NCBI GenBank assembly: GCA_000388065.2
Contig: KB932212.1
Direction: 5' to 3' (one strand)
DNA from: Fonticula alba ATCC 38817
Taxonomy: Eukaryota; Protista; Nucleariida
Length of the DNA stretch: 41,716 nucleotides
The notes below the pieces were generated by a model. That model had not been told where the DNA came from and made no database searches. It saw nothing but the letters and a program-made list of their open reading frames with translations. Of the stretch, positions 11,462 through 22,413 are shown in pieces. A program made the position numbers and the translations under genes. Position 1 is the first letter of the stretch; every line of letters begins with the position of its first letter.

Positions 11462-12555
11462 ATGTACTCTCGAAACCTTGCCTCAATCGCCTCGCGCGTG
11501 TGGCCCGGACGTTATGACTCCATACGGCCGGCTGGCCAAATGGCCGCCCTCAGCCTCGGCCTCTGCCAGGGGCCCGACCGGGAGCACCCCCGGCCGGCCG
11601 GGCTCGCCGGTCTCCCCGTCCGCCGGCATCACACCCTGCTGGACCGGTGGCCGGGCTTCGGGCAGTTCGCCCCGGAGGCCAGTCGCCCCGGCGCCCGGCC
11701 CTACTCGGCGGCCACCGCCTCGTCCCCCAAGGTCGGGGCCGTCCTGCCGGTCGACACCATTCCGGCCCCCTGTGTGGCCGCCCCGATTGAGGGGCGGTCC
11801 ACCACCACCCGCCAGGGGCCCGCTTCGTCCTCATCTTCACATTCCTCCGCCGACTCCTCCGGCTCCTCGAGCGCCGACTCCTCCGGCCCCGAGGACCTGG
11901 CCTCCGACCCGACGCTCTATGTGCCCACCGACCCGCACGACAAGTACGAGCACCTGGTCAAGGCCGACCCCTTCGCCAATCACCCGCGCCTGGAGCTTCC
12001 GCTCTCATCGTCGGCCGATGACCCGGTCGGCGTGGCCAGTCGCCTGCGCTCGCATGGGGTGAGCTTCGCCGGGCCGGCGGCCGCTGCGGCGGCGGCCGCC
12101 GCCGGCGTCACCCCCCACCGGCGCCCGGCATCCGCCCACTCGGTGGTCACCGGCCACCAGGAGGTCACCAATGCCAAGCAGATGCCGCACTTCGGCAACC
12201 GCGCCTGGTCGGTGTCGCCCTCGCCGTTGCACGTCTACGGTGGCGGCTATGGGGCCTCCCTCGGCGGCGGGGCTTCGTCTGCCACGCCGGACAGTGCCTC
12301 CGACTCGGAGTCCGACTCGGACGTCACCTTCATCCAGGGCGATGTCGACCCGGAGAAGGCCGTCCGCCGGATCCGCCGCCGCCTGCGCGCCCTCCGCCTG
12401 GCGGACATCGACCCGGTCCTGGCCGACAAGATCCGCCACTATGCCTCCTTCCCCCAGCGCAGCGTCACCCTGCGGCAAATGGCCGAGTTCGGTGCGTGGT
12501 CTTTCTTGATCCTCTCGGCGTTTGTCCCGTTGGCTCTTTGTCCATTCATTTCTCT

Positions 12556-12587
<32 letters not shown>

Positions 12588-14443
12588 TCGTCTCTCTCTC
12601 TCTCTTCGTCTCTCTCTCTCTCTCTNNNNNNNNNNNNNNNNNNNNNNNNNNNNNNNNNNNNNNNNNNNNNNNNNNNNNNNNNNNNNNNNNNNNNNNNNNN
12701 NNNNNNNNNNNNNNNNNNNNNNNNNNNNNNNNNNNNNNNNNNNNNNNNNNNNNNNNNNNNNNNNNNNNNNNNNNNNNNNNNNNNNNNNNNNNNNNNNNNN
12801 NNNNNNNNNNNNNNNNNNNNNNNNNNNNNNNNNNNNNNNNNNNNNNNNNNNNNNNNNNNNNNNNNNNNNNNNNNNNNNNNNNNNNNNNNNNNNNNNNNNN
12901 NNNNNNNNNNNNNNNNNNNNNNNNNNNNNNNNNNNNNNNNNNNNNNNNNNNNNNNNNNNNNNNNNNNNNNCCGCTCGCAGGTCCCAAGCTCCGAAAATGG
13001 CGAGGCCCTCTACAGCGAGACCCTGCATGATCTGTCGCACGACTGCCTGCCGGACAATGTGGCCGAGGTCAATGACCGCTTCGTCGAGCTGATCGACAAA
13101 ATCAAAAACCGCCACAATCTGGTGATGACGTCCATCGGTGCGCACCGTTCCTGGGCCCTGCCCTCCCTCCGAGCCCGCGCCCATGTCCTTCCCTGCGCCA
13201 CGCCGCCACCCCGCCAGCCGCCTGACTGACGCCCCCCCCCCCCCCGCCCCATGCCTTGCTTCTCTCGCGCCTGCCCATCGTCCCCACAAACAGCCGAGGG
13301 CATCATCGAGTGGAAGCGCAGCCACCGGCAGCCGATCATCAACTCGGCCATCCAATCCTTCCTGGACCAGTTCTTCATGGCCCGCATCGGCATTCGCTTC
13401 CTCATCGGCCAGCACATCGCCCTCAGTCGGCCGGAGAGCCTGCCCGCCGCGCATGGGGGCCCCGGCGGCGGCCGGCGCTTCGTTGGCATGATCATGCCCC
13501 ACATGCGGGTGTCAGAAATCAGTGCGTCCTCCCCCCCCTGTGCCCCCTGTGCCCCCTGTGCCCCCGTCCCACCATCGTGCATGATCGCGCCCCGCCCCAG
13601 CCTGCCCGGGCCCACCGCTGACCGCATTGTGCGTCCATTCCCTCGCAGTCGACCAGGCCATCTCCGACGCGCAGAACATTTGCGAGGCCCACTTCGACCT
13701 GTTCACCGCCCCGCCGATCGTGCTCTCCTGCGACCCGGACCTCACGCTCACCTATGTCCCGTCGCACCTGCACTACATGATCTTCGAGATCCTGAAGAAC
13801 AGCCTGCGCGCGGTGGTCGAGCGCCACGGCGGCCCGGAGCCCTGGCGCCTGACCTCCGACCAGTTCCCCCCGATCACCATCACCGTGGTCCGCGGCCAGG
13901 AGGATGTCACCATCCGCGTGTCCGACCAGGGGGGCGGCATCCCCCGGAGTGGCCTTCGCCGGGTGTGGACATACCTCTACACCACGGCCGCCGAGCCCCC
14001 GGCCCCCGGGCGCGGCTACTATCGCCAGGCCGGCGACGGGTCCAGCTCCTCCAGCGAAGGGGCCGACAGTGGCTCCGACGAGGACCCGGCCCTGCTCCAG
14101 CATCACGACCGTCTCTTGAGCAGCCTCGACCCGGCGGCGGCCGCCGCCGACGGGGTGGATGCCTCCGGCGCCGGCCAGAAGACCCCGATGGCGGGCTTCG
14201 GCTACGGCCTCCCGCTGGCCCGTTTGGTGCGCACCATATCTCCCCACGGCCACCGTGGCCCCCCCCCCCCCCCCCGCCCCCCTGCGCCTCCCTTTTATTG
14301 ACACTTCGGCCATTCTCCACGCACCACACCAGTACTCGCGCTATCTCAATGGCGACCTGCGCATCGTGTCCATGGACGGCGAGGGCACAGACATCTACAT
14401 CCATCTGCCGCTCAAGGCCACCGGGCTCGAGCCCCTGCCTTGA
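11462..14443 (+). CDS. PDK: Pyruvate dehydrogenase kinase (PDK family), multi-exon; at least one exon lies in the gap 12626-12970
   Basis: KIRHYASFPQRSVTLRQMAEF, FLDQFFMARIGIRFLIGQHIAL, YVPSHLHYMIFEILKNSLRAVVE (N box), IRVSDQGGGI (G1), PMAGFGYGLPLARLYSRY (G2), DLRIVSMDGEGTDIYIHL. These motifs fit PDK better than BCKDK. The Arg/Ser-rich N-terminus resembles a mitochondrial presequence. Confidence 0.92.
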
Positions 14444-15347
14444 TGGAGCCCGGGGGGGGGGGGGGGGGCACGCAGCCAGCAGCACCCGCCCCGAGGGGGG
14501 GCGCCCGCGTGCGCGCCCTCCCACGCCACGGCGCTTTGCCGCTGGGAGCGCCTGATCTCCGCCTGCGGCGCCCCCCTGCCCCCCCCCTTTAAACGCACGC
14601 GCCGCGGGAGGCTGTGTATCGGTGCACAAGGCGCGCGATCGTGCACCCTCTCCATGGCCTGGCTAGTGGCCGAGCCTGGGCGCCGCCTCGCTCTGCTTTG
14701 GTCCCGTCGCCGCCCTTGAGCTGCCCCCCCCCAACCCCGGCGAAGGGAGCGCATGTGCCCCTCCCCCGCCCTCCTGGTCTACCTCTCCTCAATACCATTG
14801 TGTCCCCCCCCCCCCTCCTCAAGCCTTGTGCCCGGCACTCGCCCCGCTATTTTTTTTTTTACTGGTTGTGTCCCCCCGGAGAGCGCATGTGCCTTTTTGT
14901 GTGCACGTCCGCGCGGTCCGTGTTTAATCGCCGCAAAGAAACGAAATAAAATAATCCCACCCCCAAGAAGACGCGGCCTCTGGTGTCTCTCCCTCTCTCT
15001 CTTCCGGGGCCCCCCATCACATATCCCCGCACGCCCCCCCCCCTATTTGCGTTGTGTGGTCCCCCCCCCGCCCCCTGGAACGCGAGGGCATCCAGCCGCG
15101 GGCGCGGACAAAAAAGAAGCGGAGGCGCGAATTGAGCTCGTCGTGGTTTACTTCATCCTTTAGATTCAGAAGTTCTCTCAACCCGTTGAGACATTCCACT
15201 GTTGATTTCATTGCTCGAGGTAATTGGTCCCCCCCGCGGCATATATACCCTCGGTTTCCGGCTCGCCCGACCCCGCGGTGGCACCTCCCCCGCCGCCCCC
15301 AGGGTCGGCGGTCCCCCGCGGCCCGTCCTCCCGGCAAGGCCCACCCC

Positions 15348-15383
<36 letters not shown>

Positions 15384-15509
15384 GATTGACGCGGGGGGTA
15401 TTTCGGCCGGCCGCACGGAGATCCGCCCCGCAGTGCCCCGGGACCCACCTTCTTTTCGTGTCCCCCTTCAGCCTCTCTTCTTTTCCTCCCTCTCGCCCCG
15501 CCTTTCACC

Positions 15510-16907
15510 ATGTCCGATTCCTCGGACGACACCGGCAGCTCCAGCGCCCCCGCCAAGCCCAATCCCGCCGCCAAGCTGGCCCTGCTCCGGTCCCGGCGCC
15601 TGGAGGCACGCAAGGCCAACTCCCAGGCCACCCGCGAGGAGGTTGCCCGGCGGGCGATCGACCCGCGCGCGGCCGCCCGCGCCGCCCGCGACATCCAAGC
15701 CGCCCAGGAGTCCCTCTCCAAACAAGTATGACCCCCCTCCCCCCCNNNNNNNNNNNNNNNNNNNNNNNNNNNNNNNNNNNNNNNNNNNNNNNNNNNNNNN
15801 NNNNNNNNNNNNNNNNNNNNNNNNNNNNNNNNNNNNNNNNNNNNNNNNNNNNNNNNNNNNNNNNNNNNNNNNNNNNNNNNNNNNNNNNNNNNNNNNNNNN
15901 NNNNNNNNNNNNNNNNNNNNNNNNNNNNNNNNNNNNNNNNNNNNNNNNNNNNNNNNNNNNNNNNNNNNNNNNNNNNNNNNNNNNNNNNNNNNNNNNNNNN
16001 NNNNNNNNNNNNNNNNNNNNNNNNNNNNNNNNNNNNNNNNNNNNNNNNNNNNNNNNNNNNNNNNNNNNNNNNNNNNNNNNNNNNNNNNNNNNNNNNNNNN
16101 NNNNNNNNNNNNNNNNNNNNNNNNNNNNNNNNNNNNNNNNNNNNNNNNNNNNNNNNNNNNNNNNNNNNNNNNNNNNNNNNNNNNNNNNNNNNNNNNNNNN
16201 NNNNNNNNNNNNNNNNNNNNNNNNNNNNNNNNNNNNNNNNNNNNNNNNNNNNNNNNNNNNNNNNNNNNNNNNNNNNNNNNNNNNNNNNNNNNNNNNNNNN
16301 NNNNNNNNNNNNNNNNNNNNNNNNNNNNNNNNNNNNNNNNNNNNNNNNNNNNNNNNNNNNNNNNNNNNNNNNNNNNNNNNNNNNNNNNNNNNNNNNNNNN
16401 NNNNNNNNNNNNNNNNNNNNNNNNNNNNNNNNNNNNNNNNNNNNNNNNNNNNNNNNNNNNNNNNNNNNNNNNNNNNNNNNNNNNNNNNNNNNNNNNNNNN
16501 NNNNNNNNNNNNNNNNNNNNNNNNNNNNNNNNNNNNNNNNNNNNNNNNNNNNNNNNNNNNNNNNNNNNNNNNNNNNNNNNNNNNNNNNNNNNNNNNNNNN
16601 NNNNNNNNNNNNNNNNNNNNNNNNNNNNNNNNNNNNNNNNNNNNNNNNNNNNNNNNNNNNNNNNNNNNNNNNNNNNNNNNNNNNNNNNNNNNNNNNNNNN
16701 NNCCCCGCTCCCCCCCCTCCCCCCCCCCCCCCCTTCAGGATCGCCAAGCGCGAGGAGTCCTCCCGGCCCCGGGTCGTGGACCCCAGCACCGCCACCATCT
16801 CCCACATCAACGATCGCAATGCCCTGTACAACGCGGCCCTCGAGCGCGCCTACGGCAAGCACACCAAGACCACCAAGGAGAACCTCGAGCGCGGGACCGC
16901 CATCTGA
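15510..16907 (+). CDS. SYF2: Pre-mRNA splicing factor SYF2; middle exon(s) hidden in the 957-N gap
   Basis: Exon 15510-15725 (KLALLRSRRLEARKANSQATREE). Exon 16739-16907 ends in the SYF2 hallmark HINDRNALYNAALERAYGKHTKTTKENLERGTAI*. Confidence 0.9.
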
Positions 16908-17214
16908 TCGGGCGCGATGCGGTGCATCCGGGAGGGCCCCCTCCCCCTGTTTTCACACCTCCCTTCCCCCTGGCGCATCCGGGCGTTCGCGCAGGGCTCT
17001 TTCCCAAAGACACCAAAGCAAATACAACAGAAAAGTGCACCCCCTCCCCGCCTCTCTCTCTCTCTCTCTGACTCCCAGCTGCCTCGATCCATGGCGCGAC
17101 CGGTGTCCTTGCAGGACAAGGGGGAGCTCGCAAACTAGAGGGGATGTATTTTTCGCACGGGCGGGCCGAGACACAGGCGATGGGGGAAAGTCCATGCGTG
17201 CTTGCTGGAGCGGC

Positions 17215-17800
17215 CTACTCCTCGAGGCTGATGTAGTACACTGTGTCATAGGGGGGGGGGGGGGAGGAGAACATGCGCCCAGTCAGCACAGGTGAGGATG
17301 CCCCCATTGGCGGCCGGGCAAAAGGCGGAAGGGGGACAGCAAAAGCGCACCGTTGTTCCCGCGAATGAGCGCATCACCGAAGGTCCCAATGACACCGGTT
17401 CCTTCGGAGTTCCACTCCTCGGTCTGCTCGAGAGCAATGTTCAGGTACCCGTCCAGCGAGGCAAGGTAGCCTGCATGGCATGTACGCAGAAAAGGGAGGA
17501 AGAAGAGGCGGGGCTTCGGTCAGGGCCGGCTATATGCATGCGCGTGTATGTGTGTGCATGCCCGCCCTCGCCCCTCCTGCCCCCTGGCCAGCTGCAGGAG
17601 CTGGCCTCCGGCGGGGGAAGAGACAAAGAAAAAGAAGAAGCAGCAACACGAGGAGGCCCCAGCAAACGCGCACCCTTGAAAATCGACCCGCCAATCAGCT
17701 TGACAATGACCTTCTTCCCGCGCATCGAGGCAACATACTCGGAGGGGGATTTCCGCGAGCCGGCCAGGGGAACAGAGGCGACAGCGTCCTCGGGGGACAT
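17215..17800 (-). CDS. LSM6: U6 snRNP Sm-like protein LSm6, 3 exons, 90 aa
   Basis: Exons 17800-17674, 17470-17351 and 17240-17215 total 273 nt. They give KSPSEYVASMRGKKVIVKLIGGSIFKGYLASLDGYLNIALEQTEE...FGDALIRGNNVYYIS, the Sm1/Sm2 motifs with LSm6-specific residues. Confidence 0.95.
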
Positions 17801-18210
17801 GGTGCACGACAGGGAGGCGAGGGCAAGCACGCGCGAGGGAGGCGCGGCAAAGGGAGGAGGGGAGGCGAGGGAGGTGGAGGAGAGCGGAAGGGGGGGGGGG
17901 ATGCCAGGGCGCCGGCGCGCGGTCCCCCCGCCAGGCACCCGGCCGAAGGGGCTGATCGCCGGGCCCTGGCTGTTGTCCAGCATGCTCGGCGGTCCGCCGG
18001 CCCGCCGGCCGGCGCCGACAGACGGGAACCGCCGCGGCGATGGCCCCACTTGCCACCGGATGGGCCCCGGCGTTGGCAGCTTGCGCAACACCCGCCGCCC
18101 GCCCCGGGCATGTCCGCGCGTCCGGCCAGGCGCGCTCCCAGGTGGGGGGAGGGGGGCGGGCGGGGCACGTCCTCGTGCATGTCCTCGCGTCGGCCCGCCC
18201 CGGGCCCTTT

Positions 18211-18226
18211 CGCGCGCGCGCGCGCG
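18211..18226. repeat. (CG)8 tract in the LSM6/ABC-F head-to-head spacer
   Basis: Seen directly. Alternating CG has Z-DNA potential; any function is not shown. Confidence 0.6.
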
Positions 18227-18513
18227 TGCGCGGCTCGGATGCTCCCTGCTCCGGCCCTACTGGCAGGCCGCGACCTCCGCCGCCGGGGCTAACTCGGCGG
18301 GGGCAGATCCGGCGGCCCCGCGCCCGTATGACGGCCGAAGACCCCCTTTGCACCGGTCCCAGGCATCACCGGCCCTCAAGGCGCACCACGCTGCCCGGGC
18401 AGCACGCCCCAAAGTGTTGGCCACCTTTCCCCGCCGAACGCCCCTCCCCTCCCCGATTTTGCGATTCCCCCCCCTCCCCCCCCCCCCCTGCCCATCCACG
18501 CACCGCGCTCAAC

Positions 18514-21500
18514 ATGGCCACCACGCATGACATTCCCGCCCTCCTGAGCGGCGCCCTGGCCAACCCGCCGGCCGACATCAAGGTCCGCCCGGAGCTGGTC
18601 CGCGACATGGACCAGCTCATCGTCGACTACCTGGTCCATGTGCTGTCTCACATTGAGGACCTGTCCGAGGCGGAGCTCGTCGACACCATCTCCCCCTTCG
18701 TGGAGGACCTTCTCCATGACCGCAGTGCGTGTGCCTCCTCGCTCCCCAGGCACCACCCCCTGTGCTTTGGCTGACACGCTTCTACCTCCGCGCCCTCCCC
18801 GTCTCCGTTCCCCCCCCCATCCCCTGCGTGCCCCCCCCCCCCCCCCCCGTTGCCCGTCCTCCCTTTGCCAATGCTTTCGGCGACATCTCGCGCCCATGTT
18901 GCTGATCCCCCCCCCCCCTGGTCCATCCGGCCCACGTGCCGCCCGCAGGAGAGTAAGGTCATCATGCTGGAGAAGGCCGTCGAGTTCGAGAAGGACATCG
19001 CCGCCCGCCTGCGCAAGGAGCTCAACCTCAAGGACGACGTGTACAACAACCCCCTCATCGACCGGAGCAAGTCCGGTGCTGCCGAGAGCGAGGAGCAGAT
19101 CAGGGCCCGCGCCAAGCTTGGTACGCTGTCACCCCGAGGAGCCGGGCAGGAGGGGGGGGGGGGGGGGCTTCCTTCGCATCTTTCCTTGCCACATCTTCTC
19201 ACCATCTTCCCATGCCGTCGGCCCTGCCACTCGGGGTGTGCCTCCCTCAGAGAAGCGCCAGGAGAAGGCCGACCGCCGGACCATCCAGCGCGAGCGCACC
19301 TCGGCCAAGTCCCGTGCCGATGTGCGTATCCTCCTTCGCCGTGCTTTCTTCCTGCCCCCTTTCCCCTCGTCCTGCCTCTCCCTCTGTTTCGCTCCCCCCG
19401 CCCTCGCCTCTTACAGTCCGACACTCACCCCCCCATGCCCGCCTCTCCGCAACCAGCTCTTGGCCCAGCTCACCAAGGCCCCGGTCCTCATTCACAAGAA
19501 GGGCCAGTTTTCGGACCTGCTGTCCAGCTCCGGCTCCACCGATGTCCAGCTTAACAACGTTCATCTGGACATCAACGGCATCGTCATGCTGGAGGTGCGT
19601 CCGCACGCGTGCACACACATACACAAACGCCCCGTCCTCCCGCCTGACCAATACATCCCCACCTCCCGCCCGGCGCCACGCAGGATGCCACCATCAACAT
19701 CGTTTCCGGGCGCCGCTACGGCCTGATCGGCCGCAACGGTGTCGGTAAGACCACCTTCCTCAAGCATCTGGCCGCCAAGGCCTTCCCCCGCATGCCGGAG
19801 CACGTGCAGATCGTGCACATCGAGCAGGAGGCCCCCTCCAGCCAGATGTCCGTGCTGCAGACCATCCTCGGGACGGATATCGAGCGTGAGTCGCTCCTGG
19901 CCGAGGAGCGCGAGCTCCTGGCCGAGAGCGAGAAGCATGACGCCATGAACGCCCAGCGCCAGGCCGAGGGCCTGCCCCCCATCACCACGTCGCAGATGGA
20001 CGACATCGGGACCCGCCTCGAGCAGGTCTACGTCCGCCTCGGGGAGATCGACGCCGACAGCGCGGTCGCTCGGGCTTCGGAGATTCTCAACGGTGCGCGC
20101 GACCGTCCCTCTTGGCGCCCCCTTCCTCATCTCTTCATCTTTCTCTTCATCTCTTCATCTCTTCATCTCTTCATCTCTTCATCTCTTCATCTCTTCATCT
20201 CTTCATCTCTTCATCTCTTCATCTTTCTCTTCATCTCTTCATCTCTTCATCTCTTCATCTCTTCATCTTTCTCTTCACCCCCCTCTCTTCCCCCCCCCCC
20301 TCTCTTCCCGTCTCTCTTTCTCCCTCCNNNNNNNNNNNNNNNNNNNNNNNNNNNNNNNNNNNNNNNNNNNNNNNNNNNNNNNNNNCCCTCCCCTCATCTC
20401 CCCCTCCTCATCCACTCACCCTCCCCATGCTCCTCATATTCATCACCCACCACCCTCTCCACCCGTCCCTGCGCCCCCCTGCTGGCTCCCAGGTCTCGGC
20501 TTCTCCAACGAGGACATGCTCCGGCCCACCTCCTCCTTCTCCGGTGGCTGGCGCATGCGCATTTCCCTGGCCATGGCCCTGTTCATTTCCCCGGACCTGC
20601 TGCTGCTTGATGAGCCGACCAACCACCTGGACCTGCACGCGGTCATCTGGCTGGAGGAGTATCTCCGCAACTGGACCAAGTCCCTGATCATCGTGTCGCA
20701 CTCGCGCGACTTCCTGGACACCGTGGTCACGGATATCCTGCACTTCCAGAACAAGAAGCTCACCCGCTACCGCGGCAACTACACCACCTTCGAGCACACC
20801 CTCGCCATCGAGCAGCAGGTCCAGGAGCGCGAGAATGCCTCCATCGAGATGAAGCGCAAGCACATGCAGTCCTTCGTCGATCGCTTCCGGTACAAGGCCT
20901 CGCTGGCCTCCATGGCCCAGTCCCGCCTCAAGGCCCTGGACAAGATGAAGACCGTCAGCGAGCTGTACGCCGACCCGGAGGTTCAGTTCCGCTTCCCGGA
21001 CCCCCCGCCGGTGGACAGCGCCCAGATCCAGCTCACGGGCGTCACCTTCCACTACCCCGGCACCGATCGCATCCTCTTCTCCGATGTCGACCTCACCATC
21101 AGCCCCACCAGCCGCATCGGCCTGGTCGGCCCCAATGGTGCTGGTAAGTCCACCCTCATGAAGATCATCTACGGCGCCCTGGAGCCCACCTCCGGTGTGG
21201 CGCTCATCAGCAACAAGGTACGTGCCTGCCTCCCGAGGGGGGAGGGCAGGGGGCTCCTTTTCGCCGTTCCCCTCCCCCGGCTCCCTGCCCGTGCATGCCC
21301 CTCATCGCTAATGCCTCGTCTCCTGGGCCCGCGCGCCTGTTCTTCTTCTTTCTTTCTCCTTCCCTCGCCCCTCCCGCCGGCCATAGCTTCGCGTTGCCCG
21401 GTTCACCCAGCATCACTCGGATCTGCTCAATCTCCGCCTCTCGCCGCTGGAGCTCTTCCGCCAGGCCTTCCCCTCGGACCCGGTCCAGCAGATCCGCTCG

Positions 21501-21989
21501 CACCTCGGCTCCTTCGGGATCACCGGCAAGCTGGCCCTCCAGCCCATCAGCTCGGTGCGCGCTCCCCAAGCATGCCCCCTATTTCCCTTCTGCTCCCCTT
21601 CTCTCGGCGCCCTTCTCCCGCTAACCCCCCCCCNNNNNNNNNNNNNNNNNNNNNNNNNNNNNNNNNNNNNNNNNNNNNNNNNNNNNNNNNNNNNNNNNNN
21701 NNNNNNNNNNNNNNNNNNNNNNNNNNNNNNNNNCCCCCCCCCCCCCCTCTCCAGCTGCCTCTCTGCCGCTGCCCCCTCTCTGACCCCGGCATGCTCACAC
21801 ACACACGCACACGCCTGCACGCGCGCGCGCGCGCACTCGCACGCACAGCTCTTCGTCATTTCTCACGACCAGTACATGGTCTCGGCCGTGTGTGACGAGC
21901 TCCTCTCCCTGGAGGACGGCAACCTGACCTCCTTCCATGGTGACTTCAATGACTACAAGCGCTACATCCGCAACAAGGGCCGCCGCTAA
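18514..21989 (+). CDS. GCN20: ABC-F ATPase, GCN20/ABCF3-like; the exon with the second signature/Walker B lies in gap 21634-21733
   Basis: N-terminal MDQLIVDYLVHVL domain; NBD1 GRRYGLIGRNGVGKTT, FSGGWRMR, LLLLDEPTNHLD; linker EMKRKHMQSFVDRFRYKAS..AQSRLK; NBD2 GLVGPNGAGKST and VISHD. No transmembrane segments. Confidence 0.9.
20127..20277. repeat. Intronic 8-bp tandem repeat (CTCTTCAT)n
   Basis: Many near-exact units inside the ABC-F intron next to a gap. Confidence 0.95.
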
Positions 21990-22413
21990 GTCACCCATGG
22001 CCGCCCACCACCAACGGCACACATGGGACCTGGCACATGGAGCGGGATCAGCCCATCTTCGACCCATAGAGGATAACTGCTTCCTGAGAGGCCGAGCATG
22101 CCGAGCATCCCCTGCTTCCCTTCAAGCCGACCCCACTGTGCAGCAAGAACAAAATACATCTCATAGACATCCATCGCCACTTGCCGTTGTACACGCCCTC
22201 CCCACCGCCAGCAGGCCATGTCCTCGCGGCGCCTGTCCGCTTGGGCGACCCTCCCCCTCCCCTCTCTCGGGCAGGAAGGGCACCTCCAAAGCTCGCGGAA
22301 AGCACATATGCTCGTCTATACATGCCGGGAATGGGCACACACACACACACACGCATGCACATCGTCCCACACAGTGCCACGCGCGGCCACATGTGCGCAG
22401 GCCGAGGGCCCTG

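Noticed and set aside
15110-15247. Assignment of the AT-rich island as U6, U6atac or U3
   Set aside because: It lacks ACAGAGA/AAGGAGA with the AGC triad and U3 boxes A/A-prime. Kept only as an unassigned candidate.
16908-17214. SYF2-LSM6 adjacency as a functional splicing cluster
   Set aside because: Two convergent housekeeping genes in a compact genome can be neighbours by chance; no shared promoter.
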